From a virus, in IMG/VR virus record IMGVR_UViG_3300044695_003767: a DNA stretch of 64,000 nucleotides, one strand, 5' to 3'. Shown here piece by piece: positions 20,802-28,828 of this stretch (within the stretch, counting starts at the first letter, position 1; the number at the start of each line of letters is the position of its first letter). The notes under the pieces are model-generated. The model had not been told where the DNA came from and ran no database searches. It saw only the letters and a list, made by a program, of their open reading frames with translations. A program made the position numbers and the translations under genes.

Positions 20802-22662
20802 ATGCAACTGTCTACCTTCTCCAAGATCGACGGCAAACCCTCTATGGTCGTTGATTACTTCCCTGTCAAGAACAGTACCAAGTTTATGTTCAAGGTGCTC
20901 AAGTTTCAAGGTGTTGATACGATGTCCTACAAGTGCATCACCAAACGTGACTTTGAACGTGAAATGAATGAACGCATTGGTATGGGTTGGGAAGTGACTG
21001 GTTTCAACACTGAAGAGAAAAATGTCAACCCGATGGCAGGTGCAGTTTGATGAAACTACGTTATCTTGTTTTGGGTGGAATTGGGTGCATAATTGGATTG
21101 AATGTGTTTCTCATCCAACGTGATGCAGAACTGTTCAAGGCATATGATGCCTGCACTCAGTCCACTCAACATCCCGATTGCCCGTATAAAAAATGAACGA
21201 CGAAGACATCAAACAATTTATGACTGCCTTTGAGGATTTTATGCAACACTCCGAAATCAAACAATTCAATCATAATGCCTGGACTGCTGCTAAGCAATAT
21301 ACTGATCATTACTATGAACAAAAAGCTGCAGAACTAGAGGTGACTGTCGATTATTATATTCAAGAGTTTGTATGAATGAGCAAACCAAATTGATTCTAGC
21401 ACTAATGCAGATTGATAATCTTACCTCTCTGACTGAAGGTAATGAGTATCAAAAATTCCTGTATTCTCATTTAATTCAAATTCAAGTTGAACTACAACGT
21501 CAGTTGACAAATCTGAATCATTCATCTAAAATTAAGGAGTAATTTTTCAAAAGAAATGAAATCACTTTATATCGTTGATTACTGGGTGCCGTTTCCTTCA
21601 AGTGAGTATGGTGGTGTAATCAATCTAATTGCTGAGTCTGATACTGAAGCATTTTCTATTTTGTCGCAGTCAAGTATCTATGATGAAAATTATATTGATC
21701 GCATTATGCCCAATGTAGTCAGTGCCCAGAAGTTTTCTCTTGTAGATGAGTATGAGTCTGGCATCATTGATTCATTTACTACCTGAGAACTATGTCCGAA
21801 ACACTGTATCGAATTGAAGAGTATTGTACGACTGGCTGGGCACTCATTGATTCTCATCAAGTAAAACTGACTAAAGAACAATGTAAAGAACAACTGGATA
21901 TGTATCTTGCTCAAGGTCATAATCCTCAATATTTGAGAGCTGTTCCTGATGGCAATTGAGTTTCCACATAAAGCACCCAAAGGAATGTATTATGAGCAAA
22001 CTGAGTTTAAACGCAATGTTACTGCTATCTGGATTCACTATAAGTGTAAGTTTGATTACAATCTTGGTGATCCAGTTCGTTGTATCTGGGGATTCTACAA
22101 TACTAAAACAAAACAATACCACGCACCAATCAATTCAAAGACAGTGGGTGATGTAGTAAGTATTCATAATACAACACCATATTCTGCAATGATTCCTAAG
22201 CAAACTGTATTGGAGTCTTGCTTTGTATGAGTTACATTCCAGAAGTTAATCATTATGTAAAGTGGAAATCACACATTGAAGGGTGGATTTACTTCAAGGA
22301 TAAGGAATATATTACGATAGAAATTGGAGTCAAACCAAAAGATGAAGAGAATTACGAAGCGTGTTCAATTCATCGCAATGATCGTTTGATGGTGCTGTGT
22401 TATCATAACCAATGGAAAGAATTAAAATATATAAAGTCTAGACAATCAAGATATGAAAAAAAAGAAAACACTGTGGAGATTGTGGGCGAAATCTATTGGG
22501 GAGAAGGCATCGAAAAATGACAGAGAAGCAGACCACGTTGCTCATATACGGACTGTTATATTTCTCACTTATCTCATTACTAATCTTTTTATTGTTGCAG
22601 GGGTCGTAAGACATTGGAACGACATTGAGTATCAACAACCCGTGAATCATGGACAAATATAG
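20802..22662 (+). other. run of small hypothetical CDSs (incl. 20802-21050, 21193-21375, 21556-21786, 21949-22230, 22227-22520, 22453-22662)
   Basis: Tiled ORFs. Confidence 0.6.
21504..21532 (+). promoter_or_regulatory. sigma70-like promoter
   Basis: TTGACA-17 nt-TAAAAT followed by AAGGAG. Confidence 0.7.
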
Positions 22663-23266
22663 AAAAATAATCTTTCCGACTTACATTTATCAATATAGTC
22701 TTCGGGAGAAGAATCAAGTTCTAAAAGAACTTCTTCTTCCGAAGATTTTGCAGTATCAAAAAGATTTTAAATTGAATCCACCGCAAGGATGGACAACGGA
22801 TAAAGTTTACACAACATTTGAGCAGAATGAATTAAACTATAAGTTATTCATTCAGTCTTCAGAAGTTCGTCAAAACTATGAAAAGCATTTCTCTCAAGTC
22901 TTTGGAAAGGGAACACAATTTGAGTTTACTGGTGCCTGGTTCAATTACTATACCAATGGTGAATATCAGGAAGAACACGATCATATGGGTGATTCATTCA
23001 ATGTACCAGATGCACATTTTTCTGCAATTCATTTTTTACAGTTTGATCCAAAACGTCACGCACCAGTCACATTCATTGATTCATTGAGTAAGTTAAATCG
23101 AAGATACAATAATTTCTATGTCTATAATCCTAGAATTGCAGAAGGTGATTTAATCATTTTTCCATCACATTTGAGTCACCGTGTGAAACCATCACAACCA
23201 ACACCTGATTATCCAAGAGTGACGATTGCTTTTAACCTTCATATTCAGACGATTCATGCAAATTAA
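22649..23266 (+). CDS. 2OG-Fe(II) oxygenase-like protein (HxH type)
   Basis: WFN..QEEHDH, EGDLIIFPSHLSHRV, RVTIAFN. Confidence 0.85.
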   Translation: MDKYRKIIFPTYIYQYSLREKNQVLKELLLPKILQYQKDFKLNPPQGWTTDKVYTTFEQNELNYKLFIQSSEVRQNYEKHFSQVFGKGTQFEFTGAWFNYYTNGEYQEEHDHMGDSFNVPDAHFSAIHFLQFDPKRHAPVTFIDSLSKLNRRYNNFYVYNPRIAEGDLIIFPSHLSHRVKPSQPTPDYPRVTIAFNLHIQTIHAN

Positions 23267-23735
23267 TTTTATCGATAACTTCTTAACAAAATCAGAACAT
23301 CAGAGAGTTTATCAATACTGTCTGAGTGCTTCCTATCGTTATGGTGAACAGGACAATCCACAGACTCCGACGACTGGAATGGTTCATAACATATCTGGAA
23401 ATGAGTTTGTCTATAAGGTCTTAAATCGAAAGATTCTAGAAACATTTGATTTTCTTGGTCCACTCAAACTGTATCGAATGTATGTGAATTGTTTTGCCCC
23501 TGGTGAACGATCCTATTTTCATATTGATCACAATACTGGATATACCTTGTTGTATTATCCACATTTAGAATGGAGTTTGAATGATGGTGGTGAAACACAA
23601 TTTTACCTGGAAGAAAGTATTCAAGGAATTTGTGCCGTTCCCAATCGACTTGCAATATTTGATGCATCATTATTACATCGTGCGACACCATTTTATCATT
23701 CACATCGATTCACGATCGCAATCAAATACAGGTAA
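23256..23735 (+). CDS. 2OG-Fe(II) oxygenase
   Basis: FHID, GGETQF, H, RFTIAIKY. Confidence 0.85.
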   Translation: MQINFIDNFLTKSEHQRVYQYCLSASYRYGEQDNPQTPTTGMVHNISGNEFVYKVLNRKILETFDFLGPLKLYRMYVNCFAPGERSYFHIDHNTGYTLLYYPHLEWSLNDGGETQFYLEESIQGICAVPNRLAIFDASLLHRATPFYHSHRFTIAIKYR

Positions 23736-23776
23736 GAGTCTAAATATCTAAAAATAGACTTCTATTTCTCTTTGAA

Positions 23777-25045
23777 ATGCCAGTTAATACAACACAGACA
23801 AAGTATTTTCAGAATATTGGACCAAGTGCAGATTCTCTGAGTTTCAGTACAATTGCCTCTACATTAGGAAACTCTTCGACGAACATTCGATTTGGTGATT
23901 ATCGAAGAAAGACAAGTGCAAATGAAGTATTTGTCGATGTAAGTGCCAGTGCAGAACAAAAACTTGCACAGACTGGTATTGTACCTGATTCAATTGAAAA
24001 TCAGACTTGTGGTGTCGATGGAAACGGAATTACGACACTGAACGATCATAAGATTTCCAGTCTGAAGAATATGATCAAACGTTATGATGTATCCTATACT
24101 GGAAACACATCCAGTCAAATTGACATTAGCCCTGGTGGTGGAACGATTGCAGATAACTGGGCAACAAATATTGATTTGAATGTACCAAAAAGAGTCACCT
24201 TTGATAGTTCGACACTAAAGGCAAGTACAACATCAGAACACGCTGTCGTGTTTAGTGGTTCGGCACTAAATTTAGATCTAACGTTCAATGCCACACAGGT
24301 TCTGGGAAGAGAAGGAGTTGGTGGAACAAAGGCAACTGCCAATACATCTGCGACTGGTGGTGGTGCTGGTGGTGGTGCATTGTATCTGAGAAATACGACA
24401 TCCAGAACATCTGGAAATGCGTCTACAATTAATCTAACTCTCAACAATACTGCACTGATTGCTGGTGGTGGAGGCGGTGGAGGTGGTGGTGCCACAGGAA
24501 CAGTTAGTGGTACGACTCAATGCACCAATTACAATGATTATTCTTATAATAACAATTATTGGGCTTATCTTTACGGTGGATGTCCAGTTGCTTGTGATAG
24601 TGGTGATACTCAATTAGCCTGTAATTATAGCAATGATATTCGATATTTCCGTGGTACGGGTGGATTTTCTCAGGGTACTTGGTATTCCTATCCCTGGACA
24701 GTCACGTGCCGTAAGTTTATCACCACCGACAATGGTGCAGTTGCAGCAGCATCTGGTGGAGATGGTGGTGTTGGTCAAGGATCAAACAATGCCAATGCAG
24801 GTGTTGGAGGTAATGCAAGTGGTGCAGCATCACTAAATTGCCCTGGTGGTACTTATGCCCAGAATGCAACATCGAATACGACTGCTGGTGTTGCTGGTGG
24901 AGATGGTGGAACCTATGGTCTTCCTGGTGGAAATACAAATGTAGCCAATGGTGGATCTGCTGGTCCTTGGTTGAATGTATCTAATACACGATGGGCAAAC
25001 AGAGGTGCATCAGGAGCACTTGTACAAAGAGTCAATACTATTTGA
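23777..25045 (+). CDS. Gly-rich tail-fibre tip / gp38-like adhesin
   Basis: VLGREGVGG, GGGAGGGALYL, NNTALIAGGGGGGGGG match gp38-type Gly-rich motifs; late-like CTAAATA at 23740. Confidence 0.65.
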   Translation: MPVNTTQTKYFQNIGPSADSLSFSTIASTLGNSSTNIRFGDYRRKTSANEVFVDVSASAEQKLAQTGIVPDSIENQTCGVDGNGITTLNDHKISSLKNMIKRYDVSYTGNTSSQIDISPGGGTIADNWATNIDLNVPKRVTFDSSTLKASTTSEHAVVFSGSALNLDLTFNATQVLGREGVGGTKATANTSATGGGAGGGALYLRNTTSRTSGNASTINLTLNNTALIAGGGGGGGGGATGTVSGTTQCTNYNDYSYNNNYWAYLYGGCPVACDSGDTQLACNYSNDIRYFRGTGGFSQGTWYSYPWTVTCRKFITTDNGAVAAASGGDGGVGQGSNNANAGVGGNASGAASLNCPGGTYAQNATSNTTAGVAGGDGGTYGLPGGNTNVANGGSAGPWLNVSNTRWANRGASGALVQRVNTI

Positions 25046-25070
25046 CATTTAATTCGATTGTTGATAGAAT
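25042..25070 (+). promoter_or_regulatory. sigma70-like promoter
   Basis: TTGACA-17 nt-TAGAAT with extended TG. Confidence 0.7.
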
Positions 25071-25089
25071 AGAAAAAAACTGATGTCAT

Positions 25090-25407
25090 ATGAAACTGTC
25101 TGAATTTATTTTTCATATTGTCTGTGAAATGAATGATGCTCGATTCGCATTTCCAGTCAAGGTCAAAGAAGAAAAGGAAAGACTGGCACATTGCCTGAGT
25201 TGTGATCATTATGATGCCGAATCTCAGATGTGTGGATTGTGCAATTGTTATGTGCCAAACAAGGTAAAGCACTTGTATGAGTTCTGTCCTCTCGAAAAAT
25301 GGGATCGAAGTTCCGAAACCTGGAATGATACGTATTGTAATCTGTTTGCCGAAAAAGTCATTGAAAAGTACCCTGATGCAGAAGAATGGAAGAATCAATT
25401 AAACTAA
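25090..25407 (+). CDS. Cys-rich DUF6171-like protein
   Basis: RLAHCLSC...CGLCNC...CPLEKW. Confidence 0.7.
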   Translation: MKLSEFIFHIVCEMNDARFAFPVKVKEEKERLAHCLSCDHYDAESQMCGLCNCYVPNKVKHLYEFCPLEKWDRSSETWNDTYCNLFAEKVIEKYPDAEEWKNQLN

Positions 25408-25985
25408 AAGGAACGTATGAAGACTTTATTGGAACATACGAAAACATTCTAGATTTCAATCTCTGTGATGAGATCATAGGTGCATTTGATTATTATCACG
25501 ATATGGATGCCGTCTTCTGTGAAGATGGACAATTTGAGAATTCCAATGCAGGACGATTCGATTGGGCAATTGATCTATCAGAACTTGGATCAACAATGAA
25601 ACCGACTCATCCTCAACAGATTGTGAATAATGTACTGAAAGAATGTCTAGATGAGTATATGACTGTCTTTGGTCATCTTAAACCATTGGTTCTTTATTCG
25701 ATTAATCAGAAGGTACAAAAGACTCCTGCTGGTGGTGGTTATCACGTCTGGCACGATGAGAATACTTCTATTCAACATTCATCTAGAGTTGCTGTTTGGA
25801 TGTTTTATTTGAATGATGACTTTGAAGGAGGAGAGACTGAGTTTCTGTATTATAAGAAGAGAATCAATCCATCGAAAGGAACATTGTTAATTTGGCCTGC
25901 TGGATTAACACATTGTCATCGTGGTGGATTAGTTCTGAAAGGTACAAAGTATGTTGTAACGGGATGGTTCTATGTCGGACAATAA
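25386..25985 (+). CDS. 2OG-Fe(II) oxygenase (prolyl-4-hydroxylase-like)
   Basis: GYHVWHDE, YLNDDFEGGET, THCHRG, KYVVTGW. Confidence 0.88.
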   Translation: MEESIKLKGTYEDFIGTYENILDFNLCDEIIGAFDYYHDMDAVFCEDGQFENSNAGRFDWAIDLSELGSTMKPTHPQQIVNNVLKECLDEYMTVFGHLKPLVLYSINQKVQKTPAGGGYHVWHDENTSIQHSSRVAVWMFYLNDDFEGGETEFLYYKKRINPSKGTLLIWPAGLTHCHRGGLVLKGTKYVVTGWFYVGQ

Positions 25986-26244
25986 AGAAGAGAAAGAGTT
26001 TCCATCATTAATCGAACAAGGAAAGAATCTGGCACAGTTCACGTTTGAGGTTGTTAAGGATGTTGTTGTGCCAAATACTGAACATCAGATCTATGCTAGT
26101 AATGAGGTTAAGAAGCAAAGGTTAGATACTTGTAAGACTTGCGAATATTATCATCAACAACAGAATCGTTGTAGGCACTGTGGTTGTTGGTTAGAACATA
26201 AGACTAAGTTCATTGTTGCAGAGTGTCCGATTGGAAAATGGTAG
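25972..26244 (+). CDS. Cys-rich DUF6171-like protein
   Basis: RLDTCKTC...CRHCGC...CPIGKW. Confidence 0.75.
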   Translation: MSDNKEEKEFPSLIEQGKNLAQFTFEVVKDVVVPNTEHQIYASNEVKKQRLDTCKTCEYYHQQQNRCRHCGCWLEHKTKFIVAECPIGKW

Positions 26245-26312
26245 CGAATAATACTAAAATAAGTTAAATTTAATTAAAAAAGGTATTAAAAAACTAATAT
26301 GTTCTTTCTATA

Positions 26313-26370
26313 ACATTCTCAATAAGGTGTAATTAATTGAGAATCAATAGTGTATTATAGTTGAGAATAA
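26313..26370. repeat. ~58-bp core with three ATTCTCAA boxes; inverted copy of 27120-27176
   Basis: Aligns with the reverse complement of 27120-27176 with few mismatches and indels. Confidence 0.8.
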
Positions 26371-26518
26371 GTCTTATACTTGTATTTTATAAGTGTGATA
26401 AAACCTTATAAATGCCTCTGAGACTTGTGTTCATAAAGTCTTTTAAATGTTTATAAATGCCTCTGAGACTTGTATTTTATAAGTGTGATAAAACCTTATA
26501 AATGCCTCTGAGACTTGT
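26361..26518. repeat. 45-bp-period array: 23-bp repeat x3 (+1 degenerate) with 22-bp spacers
   Basis: TTATAAATGCCTCTGAGACTTGT at 26406, 26451, 26496; degenerate at 26361; first and third spacers identical. Confidence 0.92.
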
Positions 26519-26533
26519 GAGTTTAGTCCGCGC

Positions 26534-26563
26534 ATTATAACACACGAGACCCCGAAATGTCAA
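26534..26563 (-). promoter_or_regulatory. consensus sigma70 promoter on minus strand facing the 45-bp array
   Basis: TTGACA-18 nt-TATAAT with extended TG (plus strand ATTATA 26534, TGTCAA 26558). Confidence 0.8.
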
Positions 26564-26598
26564 CCCCCCACGAGATTTGCTACGAGACCCACACATAT

Positions 26599-26856
26599 CT
26601 CGACGAGAATTATAATCATATCTTAACATTTCTCGACGAGAATACATATATATCATTATGAGACTCGACGAGATTGTGCATCATAAGGGCTTGCAAACTC
26701 GTCGAGATCGTGCTACACTATAACAGTCATCAATCATTCTCGACGAGCATTATGTACGACGACTACGATCTCGACTACTCTTTCAGTAACGATTACAATC
26801 TCGACGAGGACTCATACTACGAGCATTATGTGCAAGGTGATGCGAACCTCGACGAG
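26599..26856. repeat. array of 9-bp dyads CTCGWCGAG
   Basis: Copies at 26599, 26632, 26664, 26698, 26739, 26800, 26848. Confidence 0.88.
26691..26719 (+). promoter_or_regulatory. sigma70-like promoter with CTCGTCGAG in spacer
   Basis: TTGCAA-17 nt-TACACT with extended TG. Confidence 0.6.
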
Positions 26857-26913
26857 GATTATGCACGAGATGGGCAAGATTACGAATCACTTGCATATCG
26901 TCATTATGCATGA
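26752..26913 (+). CDS. 53-aa Asp/Tyr-rich protein
   Basis: MYDDYDLDYSFSNDYNLDEDSYY...; downstream of 26691 promoter. Confidence 0.65.
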   Translation: MYDDYDLDYSFSNDYNLDEDSYYEHYVQGDANLDEDYARDGQDYESLAYRHYA

Positions 26914-26943
26914 TAGAATCTAGCACACATACACGAGAGCATC

Positions 26944-27096
26944 ATGATAGCACAGAAGCGTATCGTACAGGTTACACTAGATATCATGTGTTATGATGAT
27001 CTAGACCTAGATGATATTAACTGGCGTGAGTTATTGCAACTCGAACCAGGTGAAGATGTCCATTGTAAGGTACAAGAATTCGATATCGATTGGTAA
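26944..27096 (+). CDS. hypothetical protein (50 aa)
   Basis: MIAQKRIVQVTLDI...; stop abuts dyad copy 10. Confidence 0.65.
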   Translation: MIAQKRIVQVTLDIMCYDDLDLDDINWRELLQLEPGEDVHCKVQEFDIDW

Positions 27097-27199
27097 TGTG
27101 CCAGTTTGTAGATTGGCACATATTCTCAATTAGTAATACTTATTGATTCTCAATAACAAGATCTTATTGAGAATATGTGACAGTCGGAGAACTGGCACA
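27097..27199. repeat. 103-bp imperfect palindrome containing dyad copies 10 (27098-27119) and 11 (27177-27198)
   Basis: Symmetric about 27148; arms TGTGCCAGTT-N4-GAYTGKCAC-ATATTCTCAAT; centre TTATTGA-TTC-TCAATAA. Confidence 0.88.
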
Positions 27200-27235
27200 A
27201 GACCCATTGCATACGTGATATCTCCGTGCCATACT
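27177..27235 (+). promoter_or_regulatory. dyad + -35/-10 early-type promoter, copy 11
   Basis: GTGACAGTC-GGAG-AACTGGCAC; TTGCAT-17-CATACT. Confidence 0.85.
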
Positions 27236-27286
27236 ACATTCGTGGTTGAGAAATTCTCTACATTCTCTTCCAACCACGAAAATATC

Positions 27287-27535
27287 ATGAAACTCTTTGC
27301 CTCGAAATTCTACCAAACTCTGGTGCTAAATGTTGCCACGATTGCTGCAATTGTCGTGGGTTTGTATCAGTTTGCTGTTCGTGCCTATGTTGAAAACAAC
27401 GGGGCAGAAAAGACCCGCAAGGTGATTCAAACTGTTCTGCAGTTCGTTGATACTATTGTTGGGCAATTGCAAGCGTTGGTTGATACCGATGTGCCAGTTG
27501 TGAAAGTGGCACAGAAAACTACCAAACGTTCCTGA
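27287..27535 (+). CDS. small membrane protein
   Basis: One TM helix; 3' end contains dyad copy 12. Confidence 0.65.
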   Translation: MKLFASKFYQTLVLNVATIAAIVVGLYQFAVRAYVENNGAEKTRKVIQTVLQFVDTIVGQLQALVDTDVPVVKVAQKTTKRS

Positions 27536-27548
27536 TTCCTGCTAGTTT
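27491..27548 (+). promoter_or_regulatory. dyad + -10 early-type promoter, copy 12
   Basis: GTGCCAGTT-GTGA-AAGTGGCAC, TAGTTT after 30 nt. Confidence 0.8.
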
Positions 27549-27570
27549 ACATTCGTTCCTGAGATTTCCG

Positions 27571-27774
27571 ATGATTTTTCTGACTTCTACCAATCACGGT
27601 TGTGTGTATACTTTGGGACAAGAAGATGGGGATGAGTTGTATTATGCCCCAATCTACACCAACGGTACAGTAAATCTCGAAGAATTTGCTCCTGTTGATA
27701 TGAATGAAATTGATATGGATGATATGGAAGTGTTTGATATCATTCGTCGCCTTAAAGTTATGAATGAGGTGTGA
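27571..27774 (+). CDS. hypothetical acidic protein, one-gene cassette
   Basis: Between dyad copies 12 and 13. Confidence 0.7.
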   Translation: MIFLTSTNHGCVYTLGQEDGDELYYAPIYTNGTVNLEEFAPVDMNEIDMDDMEVFDIIRRLKVMNEV

Positions 27775-27829
27775 CGGTCTGACAAGTGGCACACACCCCC
27801 TTGCGGTTCTGATTAATCCGTTCTACATT
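27771..27829 (+). promoter_or_regulatory. dyad + -35/-10 early-type promoter, copy 13
   Basis: GTGACGGTC-TGAC-AAGTGGCAC; TTGCGG-17-TACATT. Confidence 0.8.
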
Positions 27830-27852
27830 ACATTCGTTCCTGAGAGATTTCA

Positions 27853-28333
27853 ATGTTTGATGAACTCTGGTCTGAGATTCAAGATGCTCCTGGTGAGATC
27901 TTCGATATGGACATTCCCGAACTTCGTGATACTGAGAAGTTCGATGTCAATGAGTACCTGAACGCAAACTACGATTACTGATGAACACAATCAGTCGCCA
28001 ACATTGGGACACTCTTTATACCAAACTCTACGATGCGTATGAAGAGTGTTCTAAGAATTATGATGAAACTTACCGACAAAAAATCGGTATGATTCTTGAC
28101 CACATGATTTACAATCAACCCCACCTTAACATCAAATGACTGACACCTTTGACCGTGATTCTCTCATTGCTGATTATGCTCAGCAGATCCTAGATGGGAT
28201 GGATATGAAAACAATGGAGTGTTTCGTTTATGATACTTTGAAGGATAATCTTTCGTCCTATTCTGATGAGGAATTGATTGCTGAGATTACAGAATACAAT
28301 CCCGAACTGCTGGAGGATGTGACAGTCGGATAA
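27853..28333 (+). other. three small CDSs (27853-27981, 27981-28139, 28136-28333)
   Basis: TGATG/ATGA overlaps. Confidence 0.65.
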
Positions 28334-28377
28334 GTGGCACAAGGGGGATTGCAAAGTCCCCCGATCTGATCCATACT
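28319..28377 (+). promoter_or_regulatory. dyad + hairpin + -35/-10 early-type promoter, copy 14
   Basis: GTGACAGTC-GGAT-AAGTGGCAC; GGGGGATT-GCAA-AGTCCCCC hairpin; TTGCAA-17-CATACT. Confidence 0.85.
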
Positions 28378-28402
28378 ACCTTTGTTGAAACGAACGACAC
28401 CA

Positions 28403-28624
28403 ATGAGCACCGCAACTTACAACGGTTGGGCAAACTACGAAACCTGGAATGTTGCTCTGTGGATTCAGAATGATGAGGGTTTGTATAACATTGCCCGTCG
28501 TTATGATGATTATCTTAAGTTCGTAAAGCACATGTGGTTTGATGCTACAACTCCCGATGGGGTTAGCTACACTGATCCTAAACTTGATTGGGATGAACTG
28601 AATGAAATGATGGCCGATCTCTGA
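28403..28624 (+). CDS. conserved phage protein (YNGWANYETWNVALW)
   Basis: Recognisable phage motif. Confidence 0.75.
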   Translation: MSTATYNGWANYETWNVALWIQNDEGLYNIARRYDDYLKFVKHMWFDATTPDGVSYTDPKLDWDELNEMMADL

Positions 28625-28660
28625 CCTTAAGTAACACTTACCAATCACAACATTTGACCA

Positions 28661-28828
28661 ATGCCTGACATCACTCCCATCGTTGATCTATTTTATCATC
28701 TGCCTGAGGGTACTGGTAAGGTCCTCCTGCTGTTTGCTCTTGCTATGGGCATCGGGGTCATGATCACCGTCAAGGTGAAGGGTAGTTTGAGCAATGCCGA
28801 CGATTTCATTTGGTGGGACGATCTCTGA
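28661..28828 (+). CDS. small membrane protein (55 aa)
   Basis: One TM helix; stop inside dyad copy 15. Confidence 0.6.
   Translation: MPDITPIVDLFYHLPEGTGKVLLLFALAMGIGVMITVKVKGSLSNADDFIWWDDL

Noticed and set aside
23777-25045. Diversity-generating retroelement target
   Set aside because: No reverse transcriptase and no template/variable repeat pair seen in the window
16851-26035. Isolated CTGGCAC/GTGCCAG half-sites (about 16851, 20677, 25182, 26029)
   Set aside because: No matching second arm and no correctly spaced -10 noticed; inside coding sequence
26361-26518. Canonical CRISPR array
   Set aside because: Only three exact repeats, 22-nt spacers with two identical, and no cas genes in the window. 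Kept as a repeat/ncRNA candidate.
26599-26747. TIGR-like guide array
   Set aside because: Irregular period (32-41 bp), no clear second repeat or box C/D pair, and no Nop-domain gene seen
27192-27212. TGGCAC...TTGC as a sigma54 (-24/-12) promoter (also at 28335)
   Set aside because: Spacing is 8 nt rather than 5, most copies lack TTGC, a sigma70 -10 follows at fixed distance, and cyanobacteria lack RpoN
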